Of a stretch of DNA of 64,000 nt, positions 36,891 through 49,790 are shown piece by piece. The notes under the pieces are model-generated. The model was not told where the DNA came from, searched no databases, and saw only the letters and a program-made list of their open reading frames with translations. Position 1 is the stretch's first letter. The number at the start of each line of letters is the position of its first letter. Source of the DNA: a virus. Where the stretch lies: IMG/VR virus record IMGVR_UViG_3300044710_000107, positions 24,246 to 88,245 of that record; one strand, given 5' to 3'. The position numbers and the translations under genes are program-made.

Positions 36891-38455
36891 GAGAAGAGCC
36901 TCGCCGGGCCGACATCGGAATGTTGCAGGTTCCGGCCGCAGATGTAATTTCCGCCCAGCACGTTCGACTCGACGTGCAGCCGCATCAACCGAGAGGCCAT
37001 CGTTGGTGTGAAGCTCGCGAATTGCTCCTGCGGAACGCCCGGAACCTGTGGGATGACGATGGCCGGTCCGGAAATCTCCGGCGAACGCGCGTTTGCGGCC
37101 CCAACCAACCACGCCGACAGGTCGCCGACTTGCTCGAGGTCTGGCTCGAACTGGTGAAACGAAACACCCTCGTTCGCCGGGGGCGTCTGTTTCGGGCCGC
37201 CGAACCAGCCCGTCTCGAAGAAGCTGCGCACCGGGGTCGACGCGGTGCCGACCACCTCATCAAGGCCGGTCTCGTGCTGCCACAGCGAATAGCCGTGCGC
37301 GCCCGGAACTGAACCGGCCATCACCGGGAACTTTACGCCTTGGGCGAAATAACCGGCGCTGCGGCCGCCGTTCGGCAGCGGCGTGTCGTACCAACAGTTT
37401 TCGCGCACGTTGAAGATGATGGCGTAGTTCGGGACCGTGCTGCCGAACATGCAGGCGCACCACCAGATCTCCCCGTAGCGCGGCACCTTGAAAGCGAAGG
37501 TCTGCGACTCGTACCCCGGCGTCAGGTTATCGAAAAACCAGTCCTGGTTCTGGCTATTCGGCACCTCGACGGCGGTGCCGTTGAACACCAGGAAGCGGTC
37601 AACCGCCGCCCAGAAATAGAGCGTGTCGTACTCGATCACCGAGGCGGTGGAGAGGATCGAGGCCGATGGCGAGATCGTGTTGAAGGCCCAAGCCGGCGCG
37701 CCGCCGATGAAGGTCGCGGTGATCACTTCGGAGAGCGACCAGAACACGGCGGCCGGGCTTTGTGCACCACCGCCGCGCAGCGGCATGCCGGCGATGATCT
37801 TCTGCGCCGAAATCCTGGCGTTGCCGGCGCCGGTCGATCCTTGCGAGACGCCGAGGTAGAGCGGAAGGTTCGGCGCGCTCCACTGCACGAAGCCGTCGAT
37901 GTCAAAGCCGAACACGAACGGCGGCACAGCCACGACGCCACCAGCGAGGGTCGGCTGCACCCAGGTGCCGCTCGGCGGATTCGGGTTGCTGAAGGGCGCC
38001 AGGGGCGTGGCAAGATCGATCTGGCCGATGTAGGGCGTGTTCTTCTGCTGGCTGGCCAGAAACTCCTGATTGGGCACCGCCAAGGCGATGAGCTGCACGA
38101 CATTGCTGGTGGTGTCGAAGATGGCATCGATCGTCCAGCCGATATTGACGCCGGCCGGGAACGCAACCGGCGTCCGGTCCAGGATGCTGATCAGGTTTCC
38201 CTGGGTGTCCGTGATGAGCTGCTGGATGCCGTTTTGCGTGCCGACGTGGATGATGACCTCGTCGCCGCGGTAAAACATATGGACGCGGCGCGGGATGCCA
38301 TTGAGCGAGCCGGTGATCTGCCGGTAGCCCGGCATCTTACGCGGCCGCCCGAGGCGCCACCTTGTCCAAAGTGCATCCAGGTAGCGGTTGGCGTCGAGCT
38401 TCGTGCCGTCGCGCTGGGTGCCTGGTTGGAAGTCGAGGAGGGACGGCTGCCCCAT
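36887..38455 (-). CDS. tail nozzle/stabilisation protein (podovirus)
   Basis: PGTQRDGT, W.RW..GRPRK, YGEIWW, IFNVRENCWYD; beta-propeller-like composition. Confidence 0.75.
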
Positions 38456-38458
38456 GCG

Positions 38459-40186
38459 TCAGTGCCCGAGCGCCAGATAATTGAAGGTCAGCGACTCCGA
38501 CGCATCGCCGTAGACCGGGACGCCAGCGGCCGCCAGCGCACCAAGGGCTAGTGGATGCACCGAGATCGTCCCCGACGCGCCGGTGATCGTAAGCTGCACG
38601 TTCAGGCAGGCGGTAGCGAATGGGCTGGCGAAAGAAATCGTGCCGACGCCGCTAACCGTCGCGCCAGTCCCCCATTGCTCTACGAGGCCGCCGGGAAGAT
38701 CTTGGCTGCCGACGACAGTGAGAGTGTTCGCGAACTGCGAGAAATTGACGGCCTCGTTGCCGGTCGTGCCAGGCAAGGAGACCAGCAGGGATCCGGTTAT
38801 CGTCGAGTTGCCGGTGACGTCGAGGCCGCCGGCGACCGCAAGTCCGCCGTTGATCGCGCCGCCACCTGAAACGCCCAGGCCGCCGGCATCGATCATCACG
38901 CCGCCCGCAGTCACCACGAAGCCGCCGGCCGTTATCGTCGCGCCGCCAGCGGTCACGGTCAGGCCGCCGCTCTCGATGGTGAGCGCCCCCGTCAGCGTAC
39001 CGCCGCCGATCGGCAGGCTGAGGAACAGCAGCCACCATGCGCCATTCGCATCAGTGAAGACGAACGCGGACGATCCTTCCGGGATGGTGAAGTCGGCGGC
39101 CGCGGAACCGCCCTGGATGGCATCGCTGGCCTGTGGCGACAGGATGACGTCGCCACCTTCGGCGAACACGAGGAACGAGAACCGGTTCGTCAGGCTGGTG
39201 GTGAGCGGCAGCGTGAGCGTCAGGCCAGCAGTGCACACGAATGCCGTGTTGGTCGATGACGGCGCGAGCGTTTGGTCGGTGCTGATCGTCGATTCGGCGA
39301 TATTGACGCCGGACAATCCGAGGAGCGCCACCACAGCCGTGGTCGTCGGCGCGGTGAAGATCGATATGCCGACGCTGGTGCCGCCGAGATTGGTCAGCGC
39401 GCCGTTCGCGTTGTTGGCACCCGTGCCGCCGGCGAAGATCGGCAGCACGCCAAGCTGCGCGCCGACGGTAATGAAGCCATCGCCGGTGCAGAAGATAAAG
39501 CCGCTGAGAAGCGGGAGCACCTGAAGCGATGACGCGCCATTGATCTCGTCGGACCCAGAGCACGTGAAAGTCACCGGTCCGGTCCCATCGTTGCGGAATG
39601 CGCAGACCCAGCCATCTCCGAGCGTCGCCGAGGCGCCAAGCTGGAGCGTGCCGGTGGCGCCAGTCCAGTCCAGCACGGTCGAGCGCGCCGAGGCGCCGAC
39701 GGTACCGGTGCTGCTGACCTCCGTGACAGGCCAGTTGATCTGCAACTGGCTGCCGACCGCCTGAAGGCCGTACCCGGCCAGCGCTGCGGCCACGGCCTGC
39801 GATACCGTCGAGCCGATCTGGACCGCCCGCCAAACGCCGTTCGCCGTGGTGTTGTTCGTCAGCGTAATCAGCCAAGTCTGCGTCGTCGCGATAACTGCGA
39901 TCTGGTTTCCGGACTGGTCCGTGACGGTGAAAGTGTTGGTTCCGACGTTCGAGATAATCGACTGCACGCCGGTGGACCCGGTCGAACCGGATGGCATCTG
40001 CAACTGGAGGCTCATGGCCGTTGCGGTGATGTCGAGTTGCGTCGCGACGACCGGCTGCCCCTCGGTCGTTTCAAGCGGCCACACCAGCGCCGTGTTCGTC
40101 GCGATCGAAAGCGCGAGGTAGGACGGCTGCGCGGGCCGGATGGCGACGCCTCCGAAGGCGTTCGTGAAGCTGCTACCAGCCGTCAT
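38459..40186 (-). CDS. tail fibre protein
   Basis: GGTGANNA..ALTNLG; C-terminal LPGGLVEQWG..F..PF (gp53-like). Confidence 0.8.
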   Translation of the reverse strand: MTAGSSFTNAFGGVAIRPAQPSYLALSIATNTALVWPLETTEGQPVVATQLDITATAMSLQLQMPSGSTGSTGVQSIISNVGTNTFTVTDQSGNQIAVIATTQTWLITLTNNTTANGVWRAVQIGSTVSQAVAAALAGYGLQAVGSQLQINWPVTEVSSTGTVGASARSTVLDWTGATGTLQLGASATLGDGWVCAFRNDGTGPVTFTCSGSDEINGASSLQVLPLLSGFIFCTGDGFITVGAQLGVLPIFAGGTGANNANGALTNLGGTSVGISIFTAPTTTAVVALLGLSGVNIAESTISTDQTLAPSSTNTAFVCTAGLTLTLPLTTSLTNRFSFLVFAEGGDVILSPQASDAIQGGSAAADFTIPEGSSAFVFTDANGAWWLLFLSLPIGGGTLTGALTIESGGLTVTAGGATITAGGFVVTAGGVMIDAGGLGVSGGGAINGGLAVAGGLDVTGNSTITGSLLVSLPGTTGNEAVNFSQFANTLTVVGSQDLPGGLVEQWGTGATVSGVGTISFASPFATACLNVQLTITGASGTISVHPLALGALAAAGVPVYGDASESLTFNYLALGH

Positions 40187-40202
40187 CAGATGATCCTCTC
40201 AC

Positions 40203-40874
40203 TCATGGCCGGTTGCGCTCCGACGTTCTGTCTAAAATTCGTTGCAAATCCTGGGACCCCAAGCTCTGCAACTCCATCTGCCACAAATCCTTCCACACCG
40301 GCAGCCTCGGGTCCTCCTTCAGGAATGGCTCGGCCTCGATCAGCGCGCCATAGAGCAGGGCGTTCGGGGTGTAATTGCTGAAGAAATTCTCCTGGTTCGT
40401 GGCGTCAAGAAGCGGCGGCTGCATGTAGCAGTTGAACTCGGCCGGATAATCCTGATCCGGCGTCGGCGCGATCAGCCACGCCTGATAGGAATAGTCGGAA
40501 TAAAAGGCCGGCGGGTTGAGCGGGTCGGTCGCGGTGCTGTCGGGCCAATAGTTGCGGCAGTACTCGTAGCTGCGTGGGAACAGTTGCACCCTGGTATTCT
40601 GGCTCGCGCCGGTCCCGTAATTGATCGAGATCGTGGCGCGCCAGCGGTCCGGCTTCATCACCACTGCGTTGCCGGCTTGCAGGCCAGCCGGCGCGTCGAC
40701 CAGCACCTCCCATTGCCCAAGTAGCTTCAGCATCTGGGCGAGCTTTCGCTCGGCTGCATTGATCAGCCGCGGGAGTTGGTTGAACACAGTCGGGTCGGTG
40801 ACCACGCTGCCGCCCCTCTCTAGATAATTTTGCATATCCGCAACTAAAGAGGAGAAATTTACCGTCGTTGGCAT
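40203..40874 (-). CDS. head-tail adaptor protein
   Basis: SSLVAD..NYLER, LINAAERK, PTPD, LLYGALIEA.PFLK.D.R. Confidence 0.8.
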   Translation of the reverse strand: MPTTVNFSSLVADMQNYLERGGSVVTDPTVFNQLPRLINAAERKLAQMLKLLGQWEVLVDAPAGLQAGNAVVMKPDRWRATISINYGTGASQNTRVQLFPRSYEYCRNYWPDSTATDPLNPPAFYSDYSYQAWLIAPTPDQDYPAEFNCYMQPPLLDATNQENFFSNYTPNALLYGALIEAEPFLKEDPRLPVWKDLWQMELQSLGSQDLQRILDRTSERNRP

Positions 40875-40875
40875 G

Positions 40876-43303
<2,428 letters not shown>

Positions 43304-43304
<1 letters not shown>

Positions 43305-44179
43305 CAGCTAATCGCCTCTCTGCGACGCGCCCAGAGATCGAGATGCGATCTTGACATCTTCTCCCTCGTTTCGTCGCTGACCCTGATGCCCTTGCGCCTT
43401 CCTTTCATCTTCGCGGAGAAGGAGGCCACGTTCTCCGGCTTCGCCCACCTGATATGATTGCGCTCTGCGGTCCACACGGCAAGCGCTGCTTTCCTGGCCT
43501 GCCCTCGATCGCTTTCCCAGAATTTTGCGATATTCAGGCGCCGACGCGCGCGGCGCTCTCCTGCCGTGGGCGGTATCGGCTTGGGCGGCGCGGCCGCTCT
43601 GATCTCCGCCTGCCGCGCTGTCGCGATCTCGCTCAGTCGCGTGCGCGTCTCATCGGAATGGCGCTTCCCGGCGTGCGACGTTCGTTGCCGCTCGACGTAA
43701 GTTGGGTTCTTCCATCCCTCTCGCTTGCGCCTCCGCATTTCTTCCTTGTGCGCGGGGTCCGCATAGTACGCCGCCAACTGCCGGGCGACGGTCTCGCGAT
43801 GCGCGAGGCTGTCCCAAAGCCGCTTCTGCGCTGCCGCTCGACGGGCTTTGACGGCTGGAGAGCACACTGCGGCGAAAGTCCCTTTCTCGCCTCCATGGAT
43901 GTTGAAGCCGCGCGGCCACGCCGTTCCGAGCGCGGCGATGAATTCGAGCTCCCTCGCGTGCGTCTCCATTCTGTTTTCACAGACGCAAAGAACTTCGAAA
44001 GCGAATGCCGCCGGTCCATGCTCGGCGACGGCCTCTCGCAGCAGGCTTGAACTGCGCCCGCGGAAATGCTCGTACCGCCGGCGCTCTTTGTTCATCGTCA
44101 TCCCGACATAGGCCATGCCGGTCGGAATGCAGGTGATCTTGTAGACCACCCATTCCTCGGGTAATTTCGATGCAGCCAT
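43304..44179 (-). mobile_element. GIY-YIG homing endonuclease with NUMOD3
   Basis: VYKITC..TGMAYVGMT, GFN, GKRHSDETR, SDETREKMS. Confidence 0.9.
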
Positions 44180-44288
44180 GACGAGCTTACTCCTCGTTGG
44201 GGTCAGGGGCGCTGGCTCGCCGCACGCGACCAGCGCTCCGATATTCTCTCGTATCCGCGAAGTAATGGCAACAATATTCATCGCTGCA

Positions 44289-45434
44289 TTACCTCGTGTA
44301 TGCTCTTAAGTTCGGCGCCCATCTTATTGGTGCCCTTGTCCGCTCCTCGCTCCAGCAAAGCGCCTCTGCCTTCGTCGCCTTCTGCTCGATCTGCTGGATC
44401 AACTGCTGCCGCGCCAAGACGGCGTACGGGCTCGATTGCTGCGCCGCGACTTGGTCGGCGGTCGGCGGGATTTCATAAAACAGGGTCGAGGCGAGGCGCC
44501 AGATCGTTGCCTCCAGCCATCGTTGCGGCACTTCCAGGGCGTTCGTCAGCGAGCCGACATCCTGGATGTATCGCCGCACCAGCGCCGACACCGCGCCGTT
44601 GTAGAAGCCCGTCACGTTCGGCGTCGGCCACAGCTTGATCACCGGCTGCTTGAGCTGCCGGTCGATGTAGCTCGAATTCGCCTGGTTCGACTGGAACATC
44701 TTGTTCGGCAGATTGTAGTAGTCGTCGATGTTGAGCGGTCCGATTTCGATGTCCTGGCCGTTGGCGAGGCCGAACTGCACCTGGTTGAGCGTCCATGATC
44801 CCGTGACAGGAAGCACCAGCGCGACGTACGAGGCCGTGATCGACGTTTCGAGGTCGTAGTAGGCCCAGGTTCCGGGCGTGTAGGTCGCGCTCGGCAGCGT
44901 TTGCGCGACGGTGAAGGTGACACCATCAACCGACGTCTGAAGCTGGAGCGCGGCGGTAACCGGCGTGCTGCCGCCCTGGATAACGCCGACGGTATCGAGT
45001 TCGGTCGGACCGCCAAATGCCACGATGACGCCCGGGTTTGGCCCGGCGATCGTGATGTCGCTGTTGGGCGCGCCGGCGAACAGGACGGCGGCGTTGCTGC
45101 CATCGGTGCCCGTTGCGTTGCCGCGGTAGGGCTGTAGGATGCGCCAGTAGGTGTGGAAGGCATCGACGGTGCCGACCGGCATCGGAACGTCCGGCGAGCC
45201 GATGACAGGGCCGAGCAGGATGAATTCCCTCGTCCACAACGGAAATCCGGCATTCACCCACTCGCTTGCCTGGCTGAACAGGAGATCGAGCGCGATCTGC
45301 TGCTGCTCGCCGGAGAGCCGTTCCGGCTGCAAGCCGGCGCGCCTGACAGCGTGATCGATCACCTTCTGGACGTTGAACGGCGTCGCACTGACGGTGCCGC
45401 TGGTCGTGCCCATGCCTGTAACGGTGCCGGCCAT
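44289..45434 (-). CDS. head-completion/adaptor protein (tail tubular A-like) with inserted beta domain
   Basis: TTSGT, YYNLPNK, LWPTPN, VPQRW..A...LA. Confidence 0.75.
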   Translation of the reverse strand: MAGTVTGMGTTSGTVSATPFNVQKVIDHAVRRAGLQPERLSGEQQQIALDLLFSQASEWVNAGFPLWTREFILLGPVIGSPDVPMPVGTVDAFHTYWRILQPYRGNATGTDGSNAAVLFAGAPNSDITIAGPNPGVIVAFGGPTELDTVGVIQGGSTPVTAALQLQTSVDGVTFTVAQTLPSATYTPGTWAYYDLETSITASYVALVLPVTGSWTLNQVQFGLANGQDIEIGPLNIDDYYNLPNKMFQSNQANSSYIDRQLKQPVIKLWPTPNVTGFYNGAVSALVRRYIQDVGSLTNALEVPQRWLEATIWRLASTLFYEIPPTADQVAAQQSSPYAVLARQQLIQQIEQKATKAEALCWSEERTRAPIRWAPNLRAYTR

Positions 45435-45440
45435 CTCAGG

Positions 45441-45653
45441 CTACCACCGGAAAAGCGGCTGGTAGCCGGTCACACTGCCGCCCTCGGCCTTATGCTTGGC
45501 AGTCTCGGGCAAATCGCGAACGCGCTGGCCGTGCGTCGCCTCAATGAAATGCTCGGCGACAGCGGGCGTCATGCCGTGCTCGGCCTCAGCCTGCTTCGGG
45601 TGAGCCGCGATCCATCGGACGTATCGGTTTTGGCGTTTCGAGACGACCGGCAC
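45441..45653 (-). CDS. small conserved phage protein
   Basis: P..SK.Q......AH.P...G....VA.HF; KAEGG. Confidence 0.6.
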   Translation of the reverse strand: MPVVSKRQNRYVRWIAAHPKQAEAEHGMTPAVAEHFIEATHGQRVRDLPETAKHKAEGGSVTGYQPLFRW

Positions 45654-45748
45654 AGGGGCTGCCTCCATGGTCGTGGAGAGGACAGCCAGCGGACGGCGCG
45701 CCGGCCCGGTGCGCTACTCTAACAGGCGCCGCCGCCCCGCGCCATCGG

Positions 45749-45979
45749 CTATCCGGCCTTGAGTTCGCCGACCGCCGCTCCGGGAAGCTCGGGCTCTCCA
45801 GCCGGTTCGGCCGTCGGCTCGACGCCAGCGACGGCGCGCACCAGCTTCGCGATCTTGGCGAGTTGCCAGCCGATCTCCGCTGCGCCCTCGACGCCGCTAC
45901 CGGCATCGGCGCGCCACTCCTTGCTCCACAGGTCAAGGCTGCTGGCTTGGGCCAGCATCACATCGCGCTGCATCGCCAT
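45749..45979 (-). CDS. hypothetical protein
   Basis: co-oriented ORF. Confidence 0.5.
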   Translation of the reverse strand: MAMQRDVMLAQASSLDLWSKEWRADAGSGVEGAAEIGWQLAKIAKLVRAVAGVEPTAEPAGEPELPGAAVGELKAG

Positions 45980-45982
45980 AAC

Positions 45983-46891
45983 TTATGCCTCGTGATGCGC
46001 GCGGTGCCGGCCGCCGCGCTTCATCTGCGGGATGCCCTGATCGCTGCCGGCCATGTCCGGTTCGGCACTCGGTTCGACGCCGTAGCCCATCTGGCCACCG
46101 GGCATGCTGTTCCGCGGCGATGTCGTGTGCATCGGGTTCCGCGGCGGCGTCTCGATCGGCGAGCGGCGACGCTCGGCCGGCGGGATCATGCTGCGCGGCA
46201 GGCGCGTGCGGCCGCCCATCGCCATGCCGTCGCCATCCGTGTCGGCAACCATGCCGTGGCGGCGGTGGTGCTCGGCGGCGCCATCGTTCACGTAGGTGCC
46301 ATCGCCGTGGCCCATGCCACCGCCAGCCGCCATGTGCGCCGGCGTCCCGTCGGCATGGTGGTGCGAGATGTGGCCATCCGGGTGGTGCACCGTGTGACCG
46401 CCGTGGGCGTGATGGTGGAGCACGCGGCCGTCGGCGTGGTGCTCGACCCGGACGACATGGTGCCCGTGCGGGTGCAGGTGGTGCATCGCGCCGCCATGCG
46501 CCTCGTGTTGCACCGGCGAGCCATCGTGGTGGTGATGCGTCACGTGCCCGTCGGGGTGATGGATGGTGTGGCCGCCGTGCTCGTGGTGCACGATGTGGCC
46601 ACCGCCGGCGTGCGGCATCGGCTCACCGCGGGGGCAATGCCCGTGCGGATGATGCTCGCCGCCGTGCGCCATGTGGGCGTGGCCGCCGTGCGCGTAATCG
46701 TGCGGCGGACCCTCGCCGGCTTCCAGCGGCTCCGGAACGTGCTTCGGCCCGCGGGTCGGCACGTCCTGCGCGTAGGGCGGCGATGCCGTCTTCGGGCCGG
46801 TTCCACCCTCGGCAGACCCTTTGAAGCCGAAGTCCTTGGAAAAATGCTCCGGGCCGAAGTCCTGGCCGTCGGCAAGATGTCGAATCGCCAT
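45983..46891 (-). CDS. histidine-rich head-region protein
   Basis: GGAGG RBS; duplicated HGGHT.HHPDGH..HHH.DG unit. Confidence 0.75.
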   Translation of the reverse strand: MAIRHLADGQDFGPEHFSKDFGFKGSAEGGTGPKTASPPYAQDVPTRGPKHVPEPLEAGEGPPHDYAHGGHAHMAHGGEHHPHGHCPRGEPMPHAGGGHIVHHEHGGHTIHHPDGHVTHHHHDGSPVQHEAHGGAMHHLHPHGHHVVRVEHHADGRVLHHHAHGGHTVHHPDGHISHHHADGTPAHMAAGGGMGHGDGTYVNDGAAEHHRRHGMVADTDGDGMAMGGRTRLPRSMIPPAERRRSPIETPPRNPMHTTSPRNSMPGGQMGYGVEPSAEPDMAGSDQGIPQMKRGGRHRAHHEA

Positions 46892-46903
46892 GGTGATGGC
46901 CTC

Positions 46904-47734
46904 CTACTTTTTCTTCCGACGCGGCGAGAGGTCGCCGCCGGTAAGGCGAAGTCCGAACCGCGCGGCCTGGCCGAGCGATCCCGGGGAATCCTTGTGCTCT
47001 TCCATGTACTGGTGTGCCGAGACGCCCTCGCGCTTGGCGCCGCGCTGCATCCGGCCGGGATGGCTGATCGCGCCCTGGATGAACTTGCCGCCCTTCGCCA
47101 TCGCTGGGACGCCCTGCTGTGCGACCGGCGCCGGCGCGGCGGCGACCGGCGAACCGGCGGCGCCCGGCGCCAACGCGGCCATCCTGGCGGCCGCGGCACC
47201 GCGCGCGGCGGCGGCATTGCCGATCGCCTGACGGATACCGCCGACGCGGCCAGCCTGTACCAGACCATGTGCGAGACGCGCGGCATCGTGCACCGGCATC
47301 GTCACGCTGGCGTTGGCGAGCGGGCCGGGTTCGGCACCCTGCGCGAGCGGTGACGGCCTCGGTGCCATTGGCGCCGGCGCGCGCGCCATCGGACCTGCGG
47401 CTGGCGCGGGACCCGGCGGTGCCGCATTGCCCATCGCCGGGACGCCGGTCGGACGCCCTGGCATCGGCATCGCCGGGCCGCCTGCCTGGTAGCCTTTCGG
47501 GTCGTTGTAGGCGTGCGCCGGCGACGGCTTGCCTTGCGCGCGGCCGCCACGGGCCAATCCTTTTTCCTTGGCGAGCGCGGGCCGGTTCTCGACGAACGAT
47601 CCGTCGCCGTATTCGTTGTCGTCGGGGTTGCCCGGATGGCTCATCGCGTCATGGCGACCGCGCGCCGACCCGGTGAACCCGAACGCAGGGTCGAAGTGGA
47701 AATCCTCACCAGGCTTCAGGAACCGCGGCGCCAT
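46904..47734 (-). CDS. Pro/Ala-rich basic head-region protein
   Basis: DF..FGF.GSA N-terminus; KFIQGAI.HPG..G.LG..ARF C-terminus. Confidence 0.7.
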   Translation of the reverse strand: MAPRFLKPGEDFHFDPAFGFTGSARGRHDAMSHPGNPDDNEYGDGSFVENRPALAKEKGLARGGRAQGKPSPAHAYNDPKGYQAGGPAMPMPGRPTGVPAMGNAAPPGPAPAAGPMARAPAPMAPRPSPLAQGAEPGPLANASVTMPVHDAARLAHGLVQAGRVGGIRQAIGNAAAARGAAAARMAALAPGAAGSPVAAAPAPVAQQGVPAMAKGGKFIQGAISHPGRMQRGAKREGVSAHQYMEEHKDSPGSLGQAARFGLRLTGGDLSPRRKKK

Positions 47735-47736
47735 CG

Positions 47737-48390
47737 TCAGATCCCCTGCTGCATGGACGTGAGCTGCACACCGCCCGGCGCTGTCAGCGTCAGCCGCGAG
47801 GCCCGCGCGACCGCCGGGATGGTCGCATCGAGGTCGCCGGTCGTTCCCTGCGTGCCGGGCACCGGGATCGCGATCGGGAACGGCTGTCCGGGCGGTAGCC
47901 ACGTGCCGAAGACATCGTCGCGGGTGTAGTCGACCTGCCACGTCGGCGAGCCACTGAGCACGTGTCCGAACGCGGTTGCCTGGAAGTCGGTCTGGAACCC
48001 GCTCCACGGCACCCAGGGGCCCGAGGCCGTGCCGCTCGTCCCGACGGTCACGTTGCCCGTGATGGCGCCACTCGACGAGACCTTCGTCACGGTGGCGAAA
48101 TCCTGTGTCGTCGACGCTGATCCGTCATCCGCCCCGGTGATCGTCTCCGAGATCGCCGCGCCGCCGTTGTTCTGCGGCCGCCCAGCGCCCGTGATCGTGA
48201 AGGTGATCCCGGAGTTGTCGCCAGTGCCAGCCACGACGATGCGCCGCGGCGCGTCCAGCGTGGCGACGCCGCCCGATACCAGCGAACCATTCAGCGTCAG
48301 ATTGCCGGCCGCGCCGAGCGTCTGGCTCAGCGCGACGGCGGTCGCGACCGCTGCATCGATGGTAACGCTGGTGACGATCGGGCGCGACAT
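47737..48390 (-). CDS. virion structural protein
   Basis: LTLNGSL, DNSGITFTITG, F.TVT.V motifs. Confidence 0.7.
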   Translation of the reverse strand: MSRPIVTSVTIDAAVATAVALSQTLGAAGNLTLNGSLVSGGVATLDAPRRIVVAGTGDNSGITFTITGAGRPQNNGGAAISETITGADDGSASTTQDFATVTKVSSSGAITGNVTVGTSGTASGPWVPWSGFQTDFQATAFGHVLSGSPTWQVDYTRDDVFGTWLPPGQPFPIAIPVPGTQGTTGDLDATIPAVARASRLTLTAPGGVQLTSMQQGI

Positions 48391-48398
48391 GGTTCCTG

Positions 48399-48728
48399 CT
48401 ATGCGCTCCCGGTCGCGCCGGTCGCCCCGGTGGCGCCGACCGTTTCGGGCACCCCCGCCGCCGGCAACGCCGCGATCGCCGCCGCGACCCTCTGATCGAC
48501 GAGGTACTCGATCTTGCTCCACACGACTTCGTCGAGTTCTCGCGCGGGCGCCGCCAGCGATGGCGCAGCGGCAGCAGCCGGTGCGCCTGCCTCATCGGCG
48601 ACGTGCTGAAGCGCCTCGCCAACGGCGGCATGAAGGTCGTCGAAGCTCGGCGATGCGCGGTTGCCGGCGCTGCCAAGCTTGGCCTTGATCCGCGCCAACC
48701 CGCGCTCCACGAAGTCCTCGAACGGCAT
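48399..48728 (-). CDS. hypothetical protein
   Basis: AGGAG RBS; short GAT repeat tail. Confidence 0.55.
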   Translation of the reverse strand: MPFEDFVERGLARIKAKLGSAGNRASPSFDDLHAAVGEALQHVADEAGAPAAAAAPSLAAPARELDEVVWSKIEYLVDQRVAAAIAALPAAGVPETVGATGATGATGSA

Positions 48729-48779
48729 GGCCGTCTCCTTCTCTTTCCGTCACCGGCCAGCAGCGTATCACGCCAGCCG

Positions 48780-49778
48780 CTAAGTCGCGACCTCGAGCGC
48801 CTTGCCCATATCGGCGGCCACCGGTAGCGGCACAGTGCCGTAGAGCGTGCCGGACTGGCTCGTTTCCCAGTGGGTCGCGCCGAAGAAGTTGGTGCGGCCG
48901 GTCAGCATCACCACGCCGCCGGCCGACCCGGACAGGTTCATCACCTGCGCCATCGTCGAGCTGCTGGAGAGCGTGTCGACCATGAAGTCGCAGTCCTCGA
49001 AGTAGCAAGCGCGATCGATGCCGGCGGCGCCGATCAGGACGTGGCTGCCGCCGGTGCCGCCTGCCGCCAGGTCGGCGACGAAGCGGCAGCGCTCGAAGGT
49101 AAGCCGCGGTGCGTTGCCGGCGATCTCCAGCGTGTAGTTCGCGGCACCGCGCTGCAGCGTGTCGGCGCCAAACACGCAGTCGGCAAACGTGCTCTCGCCG
49201 GTGCTGGTGTTGAACTTGAAGGCGCGCGCGCCGGTCTGGTTCGCCGTGCCGGTGGTTGCCGTCGCATCGCCGAAGCCCAGGAACTCCACGCCGCTGTAAT
49301 TGTTGCGGCCGCCGCTGTCCTGCCAGCAGATCGGCGTCGTCGAGCCGGTGACCGGGAACCCGAAGAAGGTGCCGATATTGGCGAAGAGGCAGCCGTTGCC
49401 GGTGACATTCACCAGCGGCCCGAATGCCGCCGTCCCGCCGAGCGGACTGATCCTGGCGCGCTTTCCTTGCTTGATGCCGTTGCAGAGGCCGATCAGGTGC
49501 GTATCGTTCAGGTTCCAGGCGAGCGGCGCAGTCAGGTGCACCGTGCCGGTCAGGAAGATCACGTCGTTGTTGTTGTTCGACGCTGCGGATAGCGCCTGCC
49601 CGAGTGTGTTGAACGGTGATCCGACCTGGCCTTCGCCGGCGATCACGCCCGCGCCCTGCGTCTCCTGCACGAACCAGTAATTGCCGGTGAACGGCGGCAG
49701 CGCGCCCGACCCGAGGACCGGGATGCCGAAGGACGTGATCCCGTTGGGGAAGTTCGTCAGGCTGATATTGAGGGGCAT
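48780..49778 (-). CDS. capsid decoration/head fibre protein with beta-helix-like region
   Basis: LTNFPNGITSFG N-terminus; PFNTL.QA..NDVIFL. Confidence 0.6.
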   Translation of the reverse strand: MPLNISLTNFPNGITSFGIPVLGSGALPPFTGNYWFVQETQGAGVIAGEGQVGSPFNTLGQALSAASNNNNDVIFLTGTVHLTAPLAWNLNDTHLIGLCNGIKQGKRARISPLGGTAAFGPLVNVTGNGCLFANIGTFFGFPVTGSTTPICWQDSGGRNNYSGVEFLGFGDATATTGTANQTGARAFKFNTSTGESTFADCVFGADTLQRGAANYTLEIAGNAPRLTFERCRFVADLAAGGTGGSHVLIGAAGIDRACYFEDCDFMVDTLSSSSTMAQVMNLSGSAGGVVMLTGRTNFFGATHWETSQSGTLYGTVPLPVAADMGKALEVAT

Positions 49779-49790
49779 CAGAGCCTCCGG

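Noticed and set aside
45863-47353. 496-aa plus-strand Val/Arg-rich ORF
   Set aside because: Antisense shadow of the His-rich and Pro/Ala-rich genes, which have RBSs and operon orientation
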